A stretch of DNA of 64,000 nucleotides from Pseudomonadota bacterium (GCA_021792335.1 JAJYUW010000001.1:16306-80305), one strand, 5' to 3'; numbered from the stretch's first letter, positions 55,602 to 64,000 are shown. The notes: generated from the letters alone by a model not told the origin. Made by a program: numbers and translations.

Positions 55602-56889
55602 TCCCGTTTGCACTATCGTCGGCATCCTCGACGACGGCTGGGCCGGACTGTCCGTTGCCGCCCACGAACGCCTTGCCGCCGCCAGCTTGGTCGTTGGCGT
55701 CGACCGCGCGCTGGCGCTGGTGCGCCCGTATCTGGCTGCCGGCGCGGAAGTGCGCGACATGGACGGCGCGCTGACACAATCCCCGGCCTGGGTCGAAGCG
55801 GCGCTGGCGGCCGGCTGCCGCGTCGCCGTGCTGGCGACGGGTGATCCGCTCTGCTACGGTATCGCCGGCTACCTGATCGGCAAGCTGGGTACCGATCGCG
55901 TTGAAGTGCTCCCTGCGCCATCCACCATGCAAATCGCCATGGCACGTTTCAAGAAAAGCTGGCAGGACGTCGCCATCGCTTCCTGTCACGGCAAGGATGC
56001 CGGCGAATGGGTCGTCGGCGCGACGCCGGATCATGGCCTCTACCCCCTGATGCGCGCCATCGCGCTGAATCGGCGCGTCTTCGCTTTCACCGGCCCGGGT
56101 AACAACCCGGCGCGGTTGGCCCGCGCCTTGATTGCCGCCGGTTATGGGGAAGACGCAAAGCTCTCGGTCGCCTGCCGCCTGCTACTGCCGGACGAGGCCG
56201 GCTATACCGATCTTGCGCCTGCCGACGCCGCACACACGACATTTCCCGAACCGAGCGTCGTGCTCGTCGAGCGCACGGACGATGGGCATTTCCCGGCCTT
56301 CGGCCTGGATGACGCCGAATACTTCCAGCGCTCGCCGGAAAAGGGCCTGATCACCAAACAGGAAGCGCGCGCCCTGTCGCTCGCCAAGCTGCGCCTGAAG
56401 TCCGACGCCGTCGTCTGGGACATCGGCGCCGGTTCCGGCGCGGTCGGCCTCGAATGCGCGCGGCTGGCGCCTCGGGGCCACGTCTGGGCCATCGAGAAAA
56501 ACGCGGACGACGCGGCCATCGCCCGCGCCAATGCCACGCGCTTGCGCGTCGGCAACTACACCTTGGTCGAAGGCAAGGCGCCGGCCTTTCTCGATACCTG
56601 GCTCGATCCGGACGCCGTTTTCATCGGTGGTTCCGGTGGCGAGCTGGTCGAGCTGATCAAGCTCGTCCTTGGCCGCCTCAAGCCCGACGGCCGGCTGGCG
56701 ATGAACTTCGTAACCCTCGAAAACCTCGCCACGGCCACCGCGGCGCTCAGGGAGATCCAGGCCGACCTGAAAGTACGCTGGGACGCGGTGCAGTTGCAGG
56801 CCAGCCGCAGCCAGCCCATTCTCGACATGCACCGCATGGCGGCCCAGAACCCCGTCTGGATCGTCACCGCAAGCAAGGAAGCCCCATGA
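55588..56889 (+). CDS. cbiET: Precorrin-6Y C5,15-methyltransferase (CbiE-CbiT fusion / CobL)
   Basis: 'LATGDPLCYG', 'LITKQEAR', 'WDIGAGSGAV', 'FIGGSGG'. Confidence 0.92.
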   Translation: MKPCDPVCTIVGILDDGWAGLSVAAHERLAAASLVVGVDRALALVRPYLAAGAEVRDMDGALTQSPAWVEAALAAGCRVAVLATGDPLCYGIAGYLIGKLGTDRVEVLPAPSTMQIAMARFKKSWQDVAIASCHGKDAGEWVVGATPDHGLYPLMRAIALNRRVFAFTGPGNNPARLARALIAAGYGEDAKLSVACRLLLPDEAGYTDLAPADAAHTTFPEPSVVLVERTDDGHFPAFGLDDAEYFQRSPEKGLITKQEARALSLAKLRLKSDAVVWDIGAGSGAVGLECARLAPRGHVWAIEKNADDAAIARANATRLRVGNYTLVEGKAPAFLDTWLDPDAVFIGGSGGELVELIKLVLGRLKPDGRLAMNFVTLENLATATAALREIQADLKVRWDAVQLQASRSQPILDMHRMAAQNPVWIVTASKEAP

Positions 56890-57668
56890 CACGCTATGGA
56901 AAACTGATCGGCGCCTCTCTCGGCCCCGGCGACCCCGAACTGGTCACCCGCCGCGCCTGGTCGGCGTTGCAATCCGGTGCCCGCTGGCTGTATCCGGTCA
57001 AGAAAGCCGAGGAATCCTCCTACGCGTTGTCCATCGCCGCGCGCGGCGGGCTGGCGATACCGGCCGATGCCGAGCAACTGGTCTTCCCGATGACCCGCAA
57101 CGCCGAAGTCCTCGCCAAAGCCTGGGCCCGCGCCGCCGCACGCACCGTTGAACTGCTCGCCGCAGGGCGCGACCTCGTCTTCCTGGTCGAGGGCGATGCT
57201 TCCACTTTTGCCACCTTCGGTCATCTTGTGCGCGTCGTTCGCGAACTGGCGCCGGCTGTCGTCGTCGAGACCATTCCCGGTGTTTCCTCCTTCGCCGCTG
57301 CTGCTGCCGCCGCGGAAGTCACGCTGGCCGAGGAAGACGAAACGCTGGCCGTCATTCCCGCCGCGTATGGCATCGAGATCATCGACCATCTGCTCGACGA
57401 ATTCGACACCTTGGTGCTCATGAAAGTGAAGCCGCTGGTGGATGAAGTCATCGGCCTGCTCGAACGGCGCGGCCTGCTCGCCACCAGTTGCTTCATCGAG
57501 AAGGTCGGTGCGCCGGACGAACGTATCGTGCGCGATGTGGCCGGCCTCAAAGGCACCCAGGTCAATTACCTGTCGCTCATGCTGGTGCAGAACCCGAAGC
57601 GCGTGCGCGGCGAACTGCGGCGCGGCTGCCGCCGGCGCAGGGAAAGCGCCGGGAGCGCGGTGGCATGA
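56886..57668 (+). CDS. cbiL: Precorrin-2 C20-methyltransferase
   Basis: 'GPGDPELVT', 'FPMT', 'EGDAS.F.TF', 'YLSLML'. Confidence 0.9.
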   Translation: MTRYGKLIGASLGPGDPELVTRRAWSALQSGARWLYPVKKAEESSYALSIAARGGLAIPADAEQLVFPMTRNAEVLAKAWARAAARTVELLAAGRDLVFLVEGDASTFATFGHLVRVVRELAPAVVVETIPGVSSFAAAAAAAEVTLAEEDETLAVIPAAYGIEIIDHLLDEFDTLVLMKVKPLVDEVIGLLERRGLLATSCFIEKVGAPDERIVRDVAGLKGTQVNYLSLMLVQNPKRVRGELRRGCRRRRESAGSAVA

Positions 57669-58408
57669 GGATCGCCATCGTCGCCATCACCCGCCATGGC
57701 ATCGCCCTGGCCGGCAAGGTTGCCGCCGCGCTGCCCGGCGCGCGACTGTTCGCGCCGGAGAAATTCCACGCCGAGGCCGAAGTTGCCGCGCCCGGCGCCG
57801 CGCACTGCTACGCGGGCAAGGTAGGCGACCAGGTGCCGGCCCTGTTTGCCGGTTTCGACGCCATCGTCGCCATCGTCTCGCTCGGCGCCATCGTTCGTCT
57901 GATCGCGCCGCACCTGAAGAACAAGGAAAGCGACCCGGCCGTCGTCGTCGTCGACGAAGCCGGCCAATTCGCCATTCCCGTGCTCTCGGGCCACCTCGGC
58001 GGCGCTAATGCGCTGGCCGGGCATCTCGCCGCCGCGCTGGGCGCGACGCCCGTGCTCACCACCGCTTCGGATGCGCGGCAGACCATCGCCGTCGACCTGG
58101 TCGGCCGCGAACTGGGCTGGCAATGCATGGCCACGCACGACGAGATCGTTCGCGTCAGCGCCGCGATGGTGAACGACGAACCGGTGGCGCTGGTGCAGGA
58201 AGCAGGCAGCAAGGACTGGTGGACGCACCACGCCAACGGTCGCCAGGGGCCGCTGCCGGGCAATGTAACGCTGTTTGAGCGGCTGGAAGACGTGGAGATC
58301 GACCGCTTCGCCGCCGTGCTATGGATCGGCGACCGTGAAATGCCGACCCAGCTTGCGGCGCGGCTGGCGGGGCGATGCGTCGTCTATCGTCCCGGAGCCG
58401 CCGCATGA
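57665..58408 (+). CDS. cbiG: CbiG N-terminal/mid domains
   Basis: 'DPAVVVVDE', 'LSGHLGGAN', 'TPVLTTAS'. Confidence 0.9.
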   Translation: MRIAIVAITRHGIALAGKVAAALPGARLFAPEKFHAEAEVAAPGAAHCYAGKVGDQVPALFAGFDAIVAIVSLGAIVRLIAPHLKNKESDPAVVVVDEAGQFAIPVLSGHLGGANALAGHLAAALGATPVLTTASDARQTIAVDLVGRELGWQCMATHDEIVRVSAAMVNDEPVALVQEAGSKDWWTHHANGRQGPLPGNVTLFERLEDVEIDRFAAVLWIGDREMPTQLAARLAGRCVVYRPGAAA

Positions 58409-58800
58409 AAATCGCCCTCGGCCTTGGCTGTGACCGTGGCACGCCGGCCGCGACCGTCGCCCGGGCCATCGCCGAAGCCCTGGCAGCGTGCGGCTGCACG
58501 CCGACCGACGTGCGGGCGGTTGCTTCCATCGACCTCAAGGCGGACGAAGCGGGCCTGGCGGAAGTCGCGGCACAAAGCGGCTGGGCCATACATTATTTCC
58601 CGGCCGCCGAACTGGCGGCGGTCGACGTGCCCAATCCGTCGGAAACCGTGCGCAAATACACCGGCACCCCGTCGGTGTCGGAAGCCGCCGCGCTGCTCGC
58701 AGCCGGCGCCGACAAGCACCATCTCGTCATCGAAAAATACAAGCTGCGCGGCCCGGACGGCCGCAACGCCACAGTCTCCATCGCGAGGATGCCCCAATGA
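58405..58800 (+). CDS. CbiG C-terminal domain (CobE-like) as a separate gene
   Basis: 'LGLGCDRG', 'ASIDLKADE', 'SVSEAAAL'. Confidence 0.88.
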   Translation: MKIALGLGCDRGTPAATVARAIAEALAACGCTPTDVRAVASIDLKADEAGLAEVAAQSGWAIHYFPAAELAAVDVPNPSETVRKYTGTPSVSEAAALLAAGADKHHLVIEKYKLRGPDGRNATVSIARMPQ

Positions 58801-59768
58801 ACAAGAACGGAAAAATCATGCTCGTCGGCCTCGGCCCGGGCAGCCACGACCACCTGACAGCGCGTGCCCGCGCCGCCATCGCCGAGGCCGACACGGTGAT
58901 CGGCTATGTGACTTACATTCGACTGGTCGCCGACCTGCTCGATGGCAAGGAAGTCATCAAGAAATCGATGACCGAGGAACTCGACCGCGCCATCGAGGCG
59001 CTCGACCGCGCCCGCACCGGTCGCAAGGTTGCACTGGTGTCCTCCGGCGACGCCGGGGTCTACGGCATGGCCGGGCCAACCTTCGAGGTGCTGTTCCAGG
59101 CCGGCTGGACGCCAGAGTCGGGCATCGAGGTGGAAATCGTGCCGGGTGCCTCGGCGCTCAACACCTGCGCGGCCCTGGTTGGCGCGCCGCTGACCCACGA
59201 CTTCTGTGCGATCTCGCTCTCCGACCTCCTGACGCCATGGCCGGCGATCGCCCGCCGCCTCGACGCAGCCGCCGCGGCCGATTTCGTCGTCGCCCTCTAC
59301 AACCCCAAGAGCGGCCGCCGCACGCGGCAGATCGTCGAGGCGCAACATCTCTTCCTGCGTCACCGCGACCCGCAGACGCCGGTAGCGATCGTTAAGTCGG
59401 CCTATCGCGCCAAGCAGCGCATCGAATTCACGACGCTGGAGAAGATGGCCGAGTGCGACATCGGCATGCTGACCACCGTGCTGATCGGCAATTCCAATAC
59501 CTTTATCAAGCATGGCCTGATGGTCACGCCGCGCGGCTACGCAAACAAATACCGGGTCGAAGACGGCGGCGCCAGCACCAGGACAGGCGAGCAGGCCGGC
59601 CATTCGCTGTCCGCCGGCCTCGATGGCTGGATCGCAGAGATTCAGACCAGCGGCAGAAGCGCGGCCGAACTGGCGCGCGAATACAGGTTGCCCGAGGACT
59701 ACATACAGTGCGCCCTTGATGAACCGCTGACCGTCGAATCCGTCGAGGTCGAAGAAGAGCAAACATGA
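58797..59768 (+). CDS. cbiH: Precorrin-3B C17-methyltransferase
   Basis: 'SSGDAGVYGMAG', 'GAPLTHDF', 'SLSDLLTPW', 'TPRGY'. Confidence 0.94.
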   Translation: MNKNGKIMLVGLGPGSHDHLTARARAAIAEADTVIGYVTYIRLVADLLDGKEVIKKSMTEELDRAIEALDRARTGRKVALVSSGDAGVYGMAGPTFEVLFQAGWTPESGIEVEIVPGASALNTCAALVGAPLTHDFCAISLSDLLTPWPAIARRLDAAAAADFVVALYNPKSGRRTRQIVEAQHLFLRHRDPQTPVAIVKSAYRAKQRIEFTTLEKMAECDIGMLTTVLIGNSNTFIKHGLMVTPRGYANKYRVEDGGASTRTGEQAGHSLSAGLDGWIAEIQTSGRSAAELAREYRLPEDYIQCALDEPLTVESVEVEEEQT

Positions 59769-59938
59769 GCGAGATCGGCAACAAACGCGGTGAACGCCAT
59801 GCGGCGCGGATGCGACGAAAGAAGGAGGTCGTGGCTGACAGAATTGCAGCGGCCACGGCCGATACTGTCACCGAAATGGGCTTGGTCAAGCGTGCTTTCA
59901 AGGCCGGAGTGAAGGCCATGCACGGGATCGAGCGGTGA
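59765..59938 (+). pseudogene. cobO: cobO/btuR adenosyltransferase remnant with in-frame internal deletion (57 aa)
   Basis: 'RHAARMRRKKEVVADRIAAAT' joined to 'ADTVTEMGLVKRAFKAGVKAMHGIE', i.e. both CobO termini with no P-loop core. Confidence 0.85.
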
Positions 59939-61239
59939 ATACGACACGTTGTCCGGCCCTGCTGGTCGCCGCGCCGGCATCGGGCCAGGGCAAGACCGTG
60001 GTCACGGCGGCGCTCGCACGGCTGCATACCCGTCTCGGGCGGCGCGTCAGGGTCTTCAAGTGCGGGCCTGATTTCCTCGATCCGCAGGTTCATGCGCTGG
60101 CCAGTGGTCGCCCTTGCGAGAATATCGACTTTCGCATGGCCGGCGAGGCCGATGCGCGCTGGCGTTTGGCACGCGCGGCGGCGGCGGCCGACCTGATTCT
60201 GATAGAAGGCGTGATGGGTTTGAACGACGGCGAGCCGTCGGCAGCGGCGCTTGCCCGCCGCCTAGGCGTGCCTATCCTGCTCGTTCTCGATGCCAGCGCG
60301 ATGGCCGCCAGTTTCGGCGCGGTCGCCTGGGGGCTCAAACATTATCGCGCGGAGCATGGTGAGGGCGTGCCCATTTCATCCGTGCTGGCCAACCGTGTAG
60401 GCAGCGACTATCACGCTGGGTTGTGCCGTGACACTCTCCCCGAAGACATCGCCTGGTATGGGTCGCTCGCCCGTCATGAGACCGCACAGTTGCCCGAGCG
60501 TCACCTGGGTTTGTTTCCCGCGGCGGAGATCGGCGATCTCGCCGAGCGCCTTGACCATGTGGCCGATGCGTTGGCGGCGACACTGGCAGCCGAGTTGCCC
60601 CCAACCGTTGAATTCGCCGTCCCGCCAGCGCCGACTTTTCCTCCGCTGCTCGCGGGCAAGACCATCGCCGTCGCTCGCGACGCGGCCTTTTGCTTCCTAT
60701 ACCCAGCCAACCTCGAATGTCTGGAAGCAATGGGGGCACACCTCGCGTTTTTTTCGCCGCTGACCGATGCCGTCTTGCCGGAATGCGATGCCGTATGGCT
60801 GCCAGGCGGCTACCCCGAGCTGCACGGTTCGCAGCTTTCCGCCAATCGTGCCATGGCCGCCGCCCTTGCTGCCCATGTCGAGGCCGGCAAGCCGCTGCTC
60901 GCCGAATGCGGCGGCATGATGGCCTGCTTCGATACCCTGCACACCACGGACGGCGCGGCCCACGCCATGTTCGGTCTGCTGCCGGGCTCGGTGCGCATGC
61001 AGACGCGTCTGGCCGGGCTCGGAATGCTGACGACGGAATTGCCCGAAGGCCGCATGAGCGGTCACACCTTCCACTATTCGACCACCGACACCCCTCTGGT
61101 GCCGCTCGTGCAGGCGATCAAGCCCGGTGGCCGCGGTAGCGAGGCCATCTACCGCCGCGATCGGCTGACGGCGAGCTACATGCACTTCTATTTTCCCGCC
61201 AACCCGAAAGCCGCTGCGCAGTTGCTTTCTGCTGCTTGA
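59935..61239 (+). CDS. cbiA: Cobyrinate a,c-diamide synthase
   Basis: 'SGQGKT', 'FKCGPDFLDP', 'EGVMGL', 'GGYPE', 'AECGG'. Confidence 0.94.
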   Translation: MNTTRCPALLVAAPASGQGKTVVTAALARLHTRLGRRVRVFKCGPDFLDPQVHALASGRPCENIDFRMAGEADARWRLARAAAAADLILIEGVMGLNDGEPSAAALARRLGVPILLVLDASAMAASFGAVAWGLKHYRAEHGEGVPISSVLANRVGSDYHAGLCRDTLPEDIAWYGSLARHETAQLPERHLGLFPAAEIGDLAERLDHVADALAATLAAELPPTVEFAVPPAPTFPPLLAGKTIAVARDAAFCFLYPANLECLEAMGAHLAFFSPLTDAVLPECDAVWLPGGYPELHGSQLSANRAMAAALAAHVEAGKPLLAECGGMMACFDTLHTTDGAAHAMFGLLPGSVRMQTRLAGLGMLTTELPEGRMSGHTFHYSTTDTPLVPLVQAIKPGGRGSEAIYRRDRLTASYMHFYFPANPKAAAQLLSAA

Positions 61240-61257
61240 CACCCCCTCGTCTTGTCG

Positions 61258-61437
61258 GCGAGAATCCGCGCTGACATCAGCATCCAGGAACACGGTGCAA
61301 ATCCGTGGCGGGCCCGCCGCTGTAATCGGGGACGGATGCCGCAGGGTCGTCCACAGGGCCGACCAGTCACTGCCGGACCATCCTGGCGGGAAGACGCGGC
61401 AGATCCGGTCGATCCGAGAGCCAGAAGACCTGCTGAA
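61258..61437 (+). ncRNA. Cobalamin riboswitch 2
   Basis: AGGAACACGGTGCAAATCCGTGGCGGGCCCGCCGCTGTAA...GTCACTG...GGGAAGAC...GAGCCAGAAGACCTGC. Confidence 0.88.
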
Positions 61438-61463
61438 GTCACGTTCGAGAAACCAATGGCAAG

Positions 61464-61511
61464 GGTTTCGTCGTCGCGCTTGGTCGCGCGGCGGCGAAAC
61501 CTTTTTCTTTT
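61464..61511 (+). terminator. Intrinsic terminator, likely expression platform of riboswitch 2
   Basis: Stem GGTTTCGTCGTCGCGC / GCGCGGCGGCGAAACC followed by TTTTTCTTTT. Confidence 0.8.
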
Positions 61512-61531
61512 CCGGAACCGAGGAGAACACC

Positions 61532-61693
61532 ATGTCGCAAATCGTTACGCCAACCCCCAGCACCGAGCAGACCCGGCAACCGGCAACGTCCGGCACGCAG
61601 CCGGCGGCCGTGATCGCTACGCGCCAGCGCTGCGATGCCGATGGCGTCGGTCTTTCACACTACATACTGATGGATCGGAAGCCGGCACAATGA
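61532..61693 (+). CDS. Short precursor peptide (CbpA-like, 53 aa)
   Basis: GAGGAG RBS; low-complexity leader followed by 'IATRQRCDADGVGLSHYILMD'; ATGA overlap with the rSAM gene. Confidence 0.8.
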   Translation: MSQIVTPTPSTEQTRQPATSGTQPAAVIATRQRCDADGVGLSHYILMDRKPAQ

Positions 61694-63090
61694 GCGATAT
61701 TGCTACCGCCTGCGCTTTGGGCCGCCATGTCAATAGCGGCAGCGGCCCGTCCCTGCTGCCGCTCGACATCGGTCATACCGAATATCTGGCACTCACCGAT
61801 CCTGCCACCGCCTTCTGGGCATTGGTGCGCAAGGATCGACTGGCGGAAACGCTGACCGGCGGCCCGTTGCTCGACCGCTACCGCGCCCATGCCGCCGAAT
61901 TTGCGCGCGAGCTGCACGGACTGCGCTTCGAACTCAAGCCCTCGGCGGTCTATGTAAATCCGACCGAGCGCTGCAATCTGGATTGCACCTATTGCTACAT
62001 TCCACGGGAAATGCGGCGCGCAGGCGAACACATGCCGACCAAGCGCCTGCTCGACGCATTGGAGCGCCTCAAGGACTACTTTGTCACGGTAATGCCGGCC
62101 GGCCGAAAACCGCGCGTCATTTTCCACGGTGCTGAACCCCTGATGAACCGCGAGGCGCTGTTCGCAGCCATCGACGCCTATCGCGACGACTACATCTTCG
62201 GCGTGCAGACCAATGCCACACTGCTTGACGAAGAAGCGCTGAATTTTCTCACCGAACGCCAGGTCAGCATCGGCCTCTCGCTCGATGGCCCGCTGGCCGA
62301 GATTACCGACGCCACCCGTCGCACCTGGGGCGGGAAAAGTGTCCACAACAAGGTGCTCGATACCATGGAGCGGCTGCGCGGCTACCGCGCCTGGAGCGTG
62401 ATTGCCACCTGCACGGCGAAGAACCTCGACCAACTGGTGCCGCTGGTCGAACTGTTCCATGCGCGCGGCGTGCCTACCTGCATGCTCAACGCCGTGCGCT
62501 GCACCATGCCGGGTGCACGCACGGTCAGGCCGGCCGACGACGTGTTGGCGACCCATTTCATTGCCGCCCTCGAGCGCAGCCATGCACTTTACCGTGAGAG
62601 CGGACGCAAGCTGGTGGTCGCCAACTTCGCCAACATTCTGCTGGCGATCCTGGCGCCGACGGCTCGGCGCCTCATGTGCGACATCTCGCCCTGCGGTGGT
62701 GGGCGCGCCTTCTTCGCGCTGGCGCCGGATGGCGGCTTGTTTCCGTGCAGCGAATTCATCGGCCTGCCTGCCTTCGAAGGTGGCAATCTGTTCAGCGATT
62801 CGGTGGGCGATATCCTTGCTAGCCCCGCCTTCGCCAAGGTGACCGGACGCGACGTCGACAAGTTTGCGCCTTGCGCCCATTGCGCTATCCGCCATTTCTG
62901 CGGATCGCCCTGCCCCGCAGAAGCGCATGAAATGAACGGCGGCATGGATCGGATTGGCGCCTTCTGCGGTTTCTACGAAGAACAAGTGCGCTACGCGCTA
63001 CGCCTGATCGCCGACGGCAAGGCCAACGACTTTCTCTGGGATGGATGGGACGAGGGTGTAGAGACCTGCTTCCAGGTGACCCTGCAATGA
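61690..63090 (+). CDS. Peptide-modifying radical SAM/SPASM enzyme (CbpB-like)
   Basis: 'CNLDCTYC', 'FHGAEP', 'QTNATL', SPASM 'PCGGG...FPC...CAHCAIRHFCGSPCP...C'. Confidence 0.88.
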   Translation: MSDIATACALGRHVNSGSGPSLLPLDIGHTEYLALTDPATAFWALVRKDRLAETLTGGPLLDRYRAHAAEFARELHGLRFELKPSAVYVNPTERCNLDCTYCYIPREMRRAGEHMPTKRLLDALERLKDYFVTVMPAGRKPRVIFHGAEPLMNREALFAAIDAYRDDYIFGVQTNATLLDEEALNFLTERQVSIGLSLDGPLAEITDATRRTWGGKSVHNKVLDTMERLRGYRAWSVIATCTAKNLDQLVPLVELFHARGVPTCMLNAVRCTMPGARTVRPADDVLATHFIAALERSHALYRESGRKLVVANFANILLAILAPTARRLMCDISPCGGGRAFFALAPDGGLFPCSEFIGLPAFEGGNLFSDSVGDILASPAFAKVTGRDVDKFAPCAHCAIRHFCGSPCPAEAHEMNGGMDRIGAFCGFYEEQVRYALRLIADGKANDFLWDGWDEGVETCFQVTLQ

Positions 63091-63764
63091 ATACCAATAC
63101 CGCGCGCTATCCCGATGCAGACATCGCCGCCATCGAACGCGCTATCCGCGAACGGCGCGACATGCGCCACTTCCTGCCCGACCCGCTGCCGGAAGGACTG
63201 ATCGAACGGCTGGTCGAAGCCGCCCACCTCGCGCCCTCGGTGGGTTTCATGCAGCCATGGCGCTTTATCCGCATCGCCGACCGCGATTTGCGCGAGCGCA
63301 TGCACGCCCTCGTCGAGGCAGAGCGGCTCGCCACCGCCAAAGCCCTGCCCAGCCGCAACGAGGAGTTCCTTCATGTGAAAATCGAGGGCATTCGCGAATG
63401 CGCCGAGGTGCTCGTCGTCGCGCTGATGCCGGAACGTGAGCGCCATATTGTCGGCCGCCGCTGCCTGCCGGAAATGGATGTGGCCTCGGTCGGCTGCGCG
63501 ATCCAGAACATGTGGCTCCTGGCGCGCGCCGAAGGCATCGGCCTCGGCTGGGTATCCTTCTTCGAACCGGAGGCGCTGGCCCGGCTGCTGGGCATGCCGG
63601 CGGACGCCCGCCCCGTCGCCATCCTCTGCATCGGACGGGTGCCCGCCTTCTATCCGCGCCCTATGTTCGAGGACGCGGGGTGGGGCAAGCGCCTGCCGCT
63701 GGAAGAGGTGCTGTTCGAGAACACCTGGAAAGTCGGCGCTGGCGGGACGGCGACGGCGTATTGA
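63087..63764 (+). CDS. bluB: 5,6-dimethylbenzimidazole synthase
   Basis: 'RRDMRHF', 'APSVGFMQPWRF', 'KIEGIRE', 'IQNMWLLARAEG.G.GWVS'. Confidence 0.92.
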   Translation: MNTNTARYPDADIAAIERAIRERRDMRHFLPDPLPEGLIERLVEAAHLAPSVGFMQPWRFIRIADRDLRERMHALVEAERLATAKALPSRNEEFLHVKIEGIRECAEVLVVALMPERERHIVGRRCLPEMDVASVGCAIQNMWLLARAEGIGLGWVSFFEPEALARLLGMPADARPVAILCIGRVPAFYPRPMFEDAGWGKRLPLEEVLFENTWKVGAGGTATAY

Positions 63765-63971
63765 GCGAGCCCGTCAAGTCCTGATCAGTGCCGCCCACTC
63801 CTTCAGGGCCGCGCCGAGACGCATGGTCGGCACCGTCATCGGGATCCGCCGAGCCGTGTAATAATTGGGCCTGCCGAAAATTGACTTCTGAGCCAATAGT
63901 TGTTAATAGTAGGCAACAAGACGTTTTTTATGATCGCCCGGAAACCCGCATGAACACTAGCATTCTTCTGT

Positions 63972-63992
63972 TGACGGTATTGGTGACGGTGT
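63972..63992 (+). repeat. Arm-type direct repeat pair TGACGGTAT/TGACGGTGT (12-bp period)
   Basis: Same motif and period as the pairs preceding att cores 1 and 2. Confidence 0.65.
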
Positions 63993-64000
63993 CTTTGCAC

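Larger units (their letters stand above)
46035..64000. mobile_element. Integrase-less third island carrying corrinoid biosynthesis; right end predicted just outside the window
   Basis: attL-like arm sites at 46161-46236 and a right-end-like repeat pair at 63972-63992. Confidence 0.6.

Noticed and set aside
51981-59768. Long N-terminal extensions and long antisense ORFs in the cob cluster (e.g. 56454, 57488, 58488, 53194-54489, 58593-59762)
   Set aside because: Shadow frames of GC-rich coding DNA; real starts are given by ATGA overlaps
61252-63090. 612-aa ORF as a single long radical SAM protein
   Set aside because: The N-terminal extension runs through the riboswitch, terminator and peptide gene; ATG 61690 overlapping the peptide stop is the credible start
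63765-63861. 'VLISAAHS' resembling the start of a second cobB-like gene
   Set aside because: Similarity is only a few residues and the GKT motif is absent
1-64000. CRISPR arrays, tRNA or rRNA genes, retron or DGR elements
   Set aside because: No regularly spaced repeats, cloverleaf, rRNA-like sequence or reverse transcriptase seen by eye

Overview
Betaproteobacterial-looking chromosomal window that reads as three integrative elements stacked in tandem. The junctions are two copies of a guaA-3'-end-like att core (I-E-W-E-stop at 30051-30065 and 46035-46049), each flanked by TGAYGGTA-type arm repeats. (1) 1-30065: right part of an F-type/MOBH ICE (traKB-dsbC-traVC-trbI-traFHG, S26 peptidase, traI, traWU-trbC, split traN, HU, hipBA, ihfB). 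Between traG and the S26 peptidase it carries a Bub-type ubiquitination-like operon (multi-Ubl, Ser-type E2, JAB-E1 fusion, DUF6527-like). Divergent from that operon is an ECF-like sigma / small protein / ImmA-IrrE peptidase trio, and the spacer holds two identical back-to-back bipartite promoter-like motifs. (2) 30051-46049: defence island whose P4-like integrase was truncated by an IS3-associated deletion. Cargo is a CoiA-like nuclease, AbiEi/AbiEii, SIR2 plus HerA with a C-terminal KTSC domain, QatABCD and a Schlafen/AlbA_2 protein. (3) 46035 to probably just beyond the window end: integrase-less island with a Fic protein, an internally deleted helicase, a SWIM-SNF2 helicase and a B12-riboswitch-controlled early-insertion corrin-ring cluster (cbiM,F,X,C,D,ET,L,G,H, deleted cobO, cbiA). 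A second B12 riboswitch controls a short precursor peptide, a SPASM radical SAM enzyme and bluB. All family calls come from motif recognition by eye; no searches were run.
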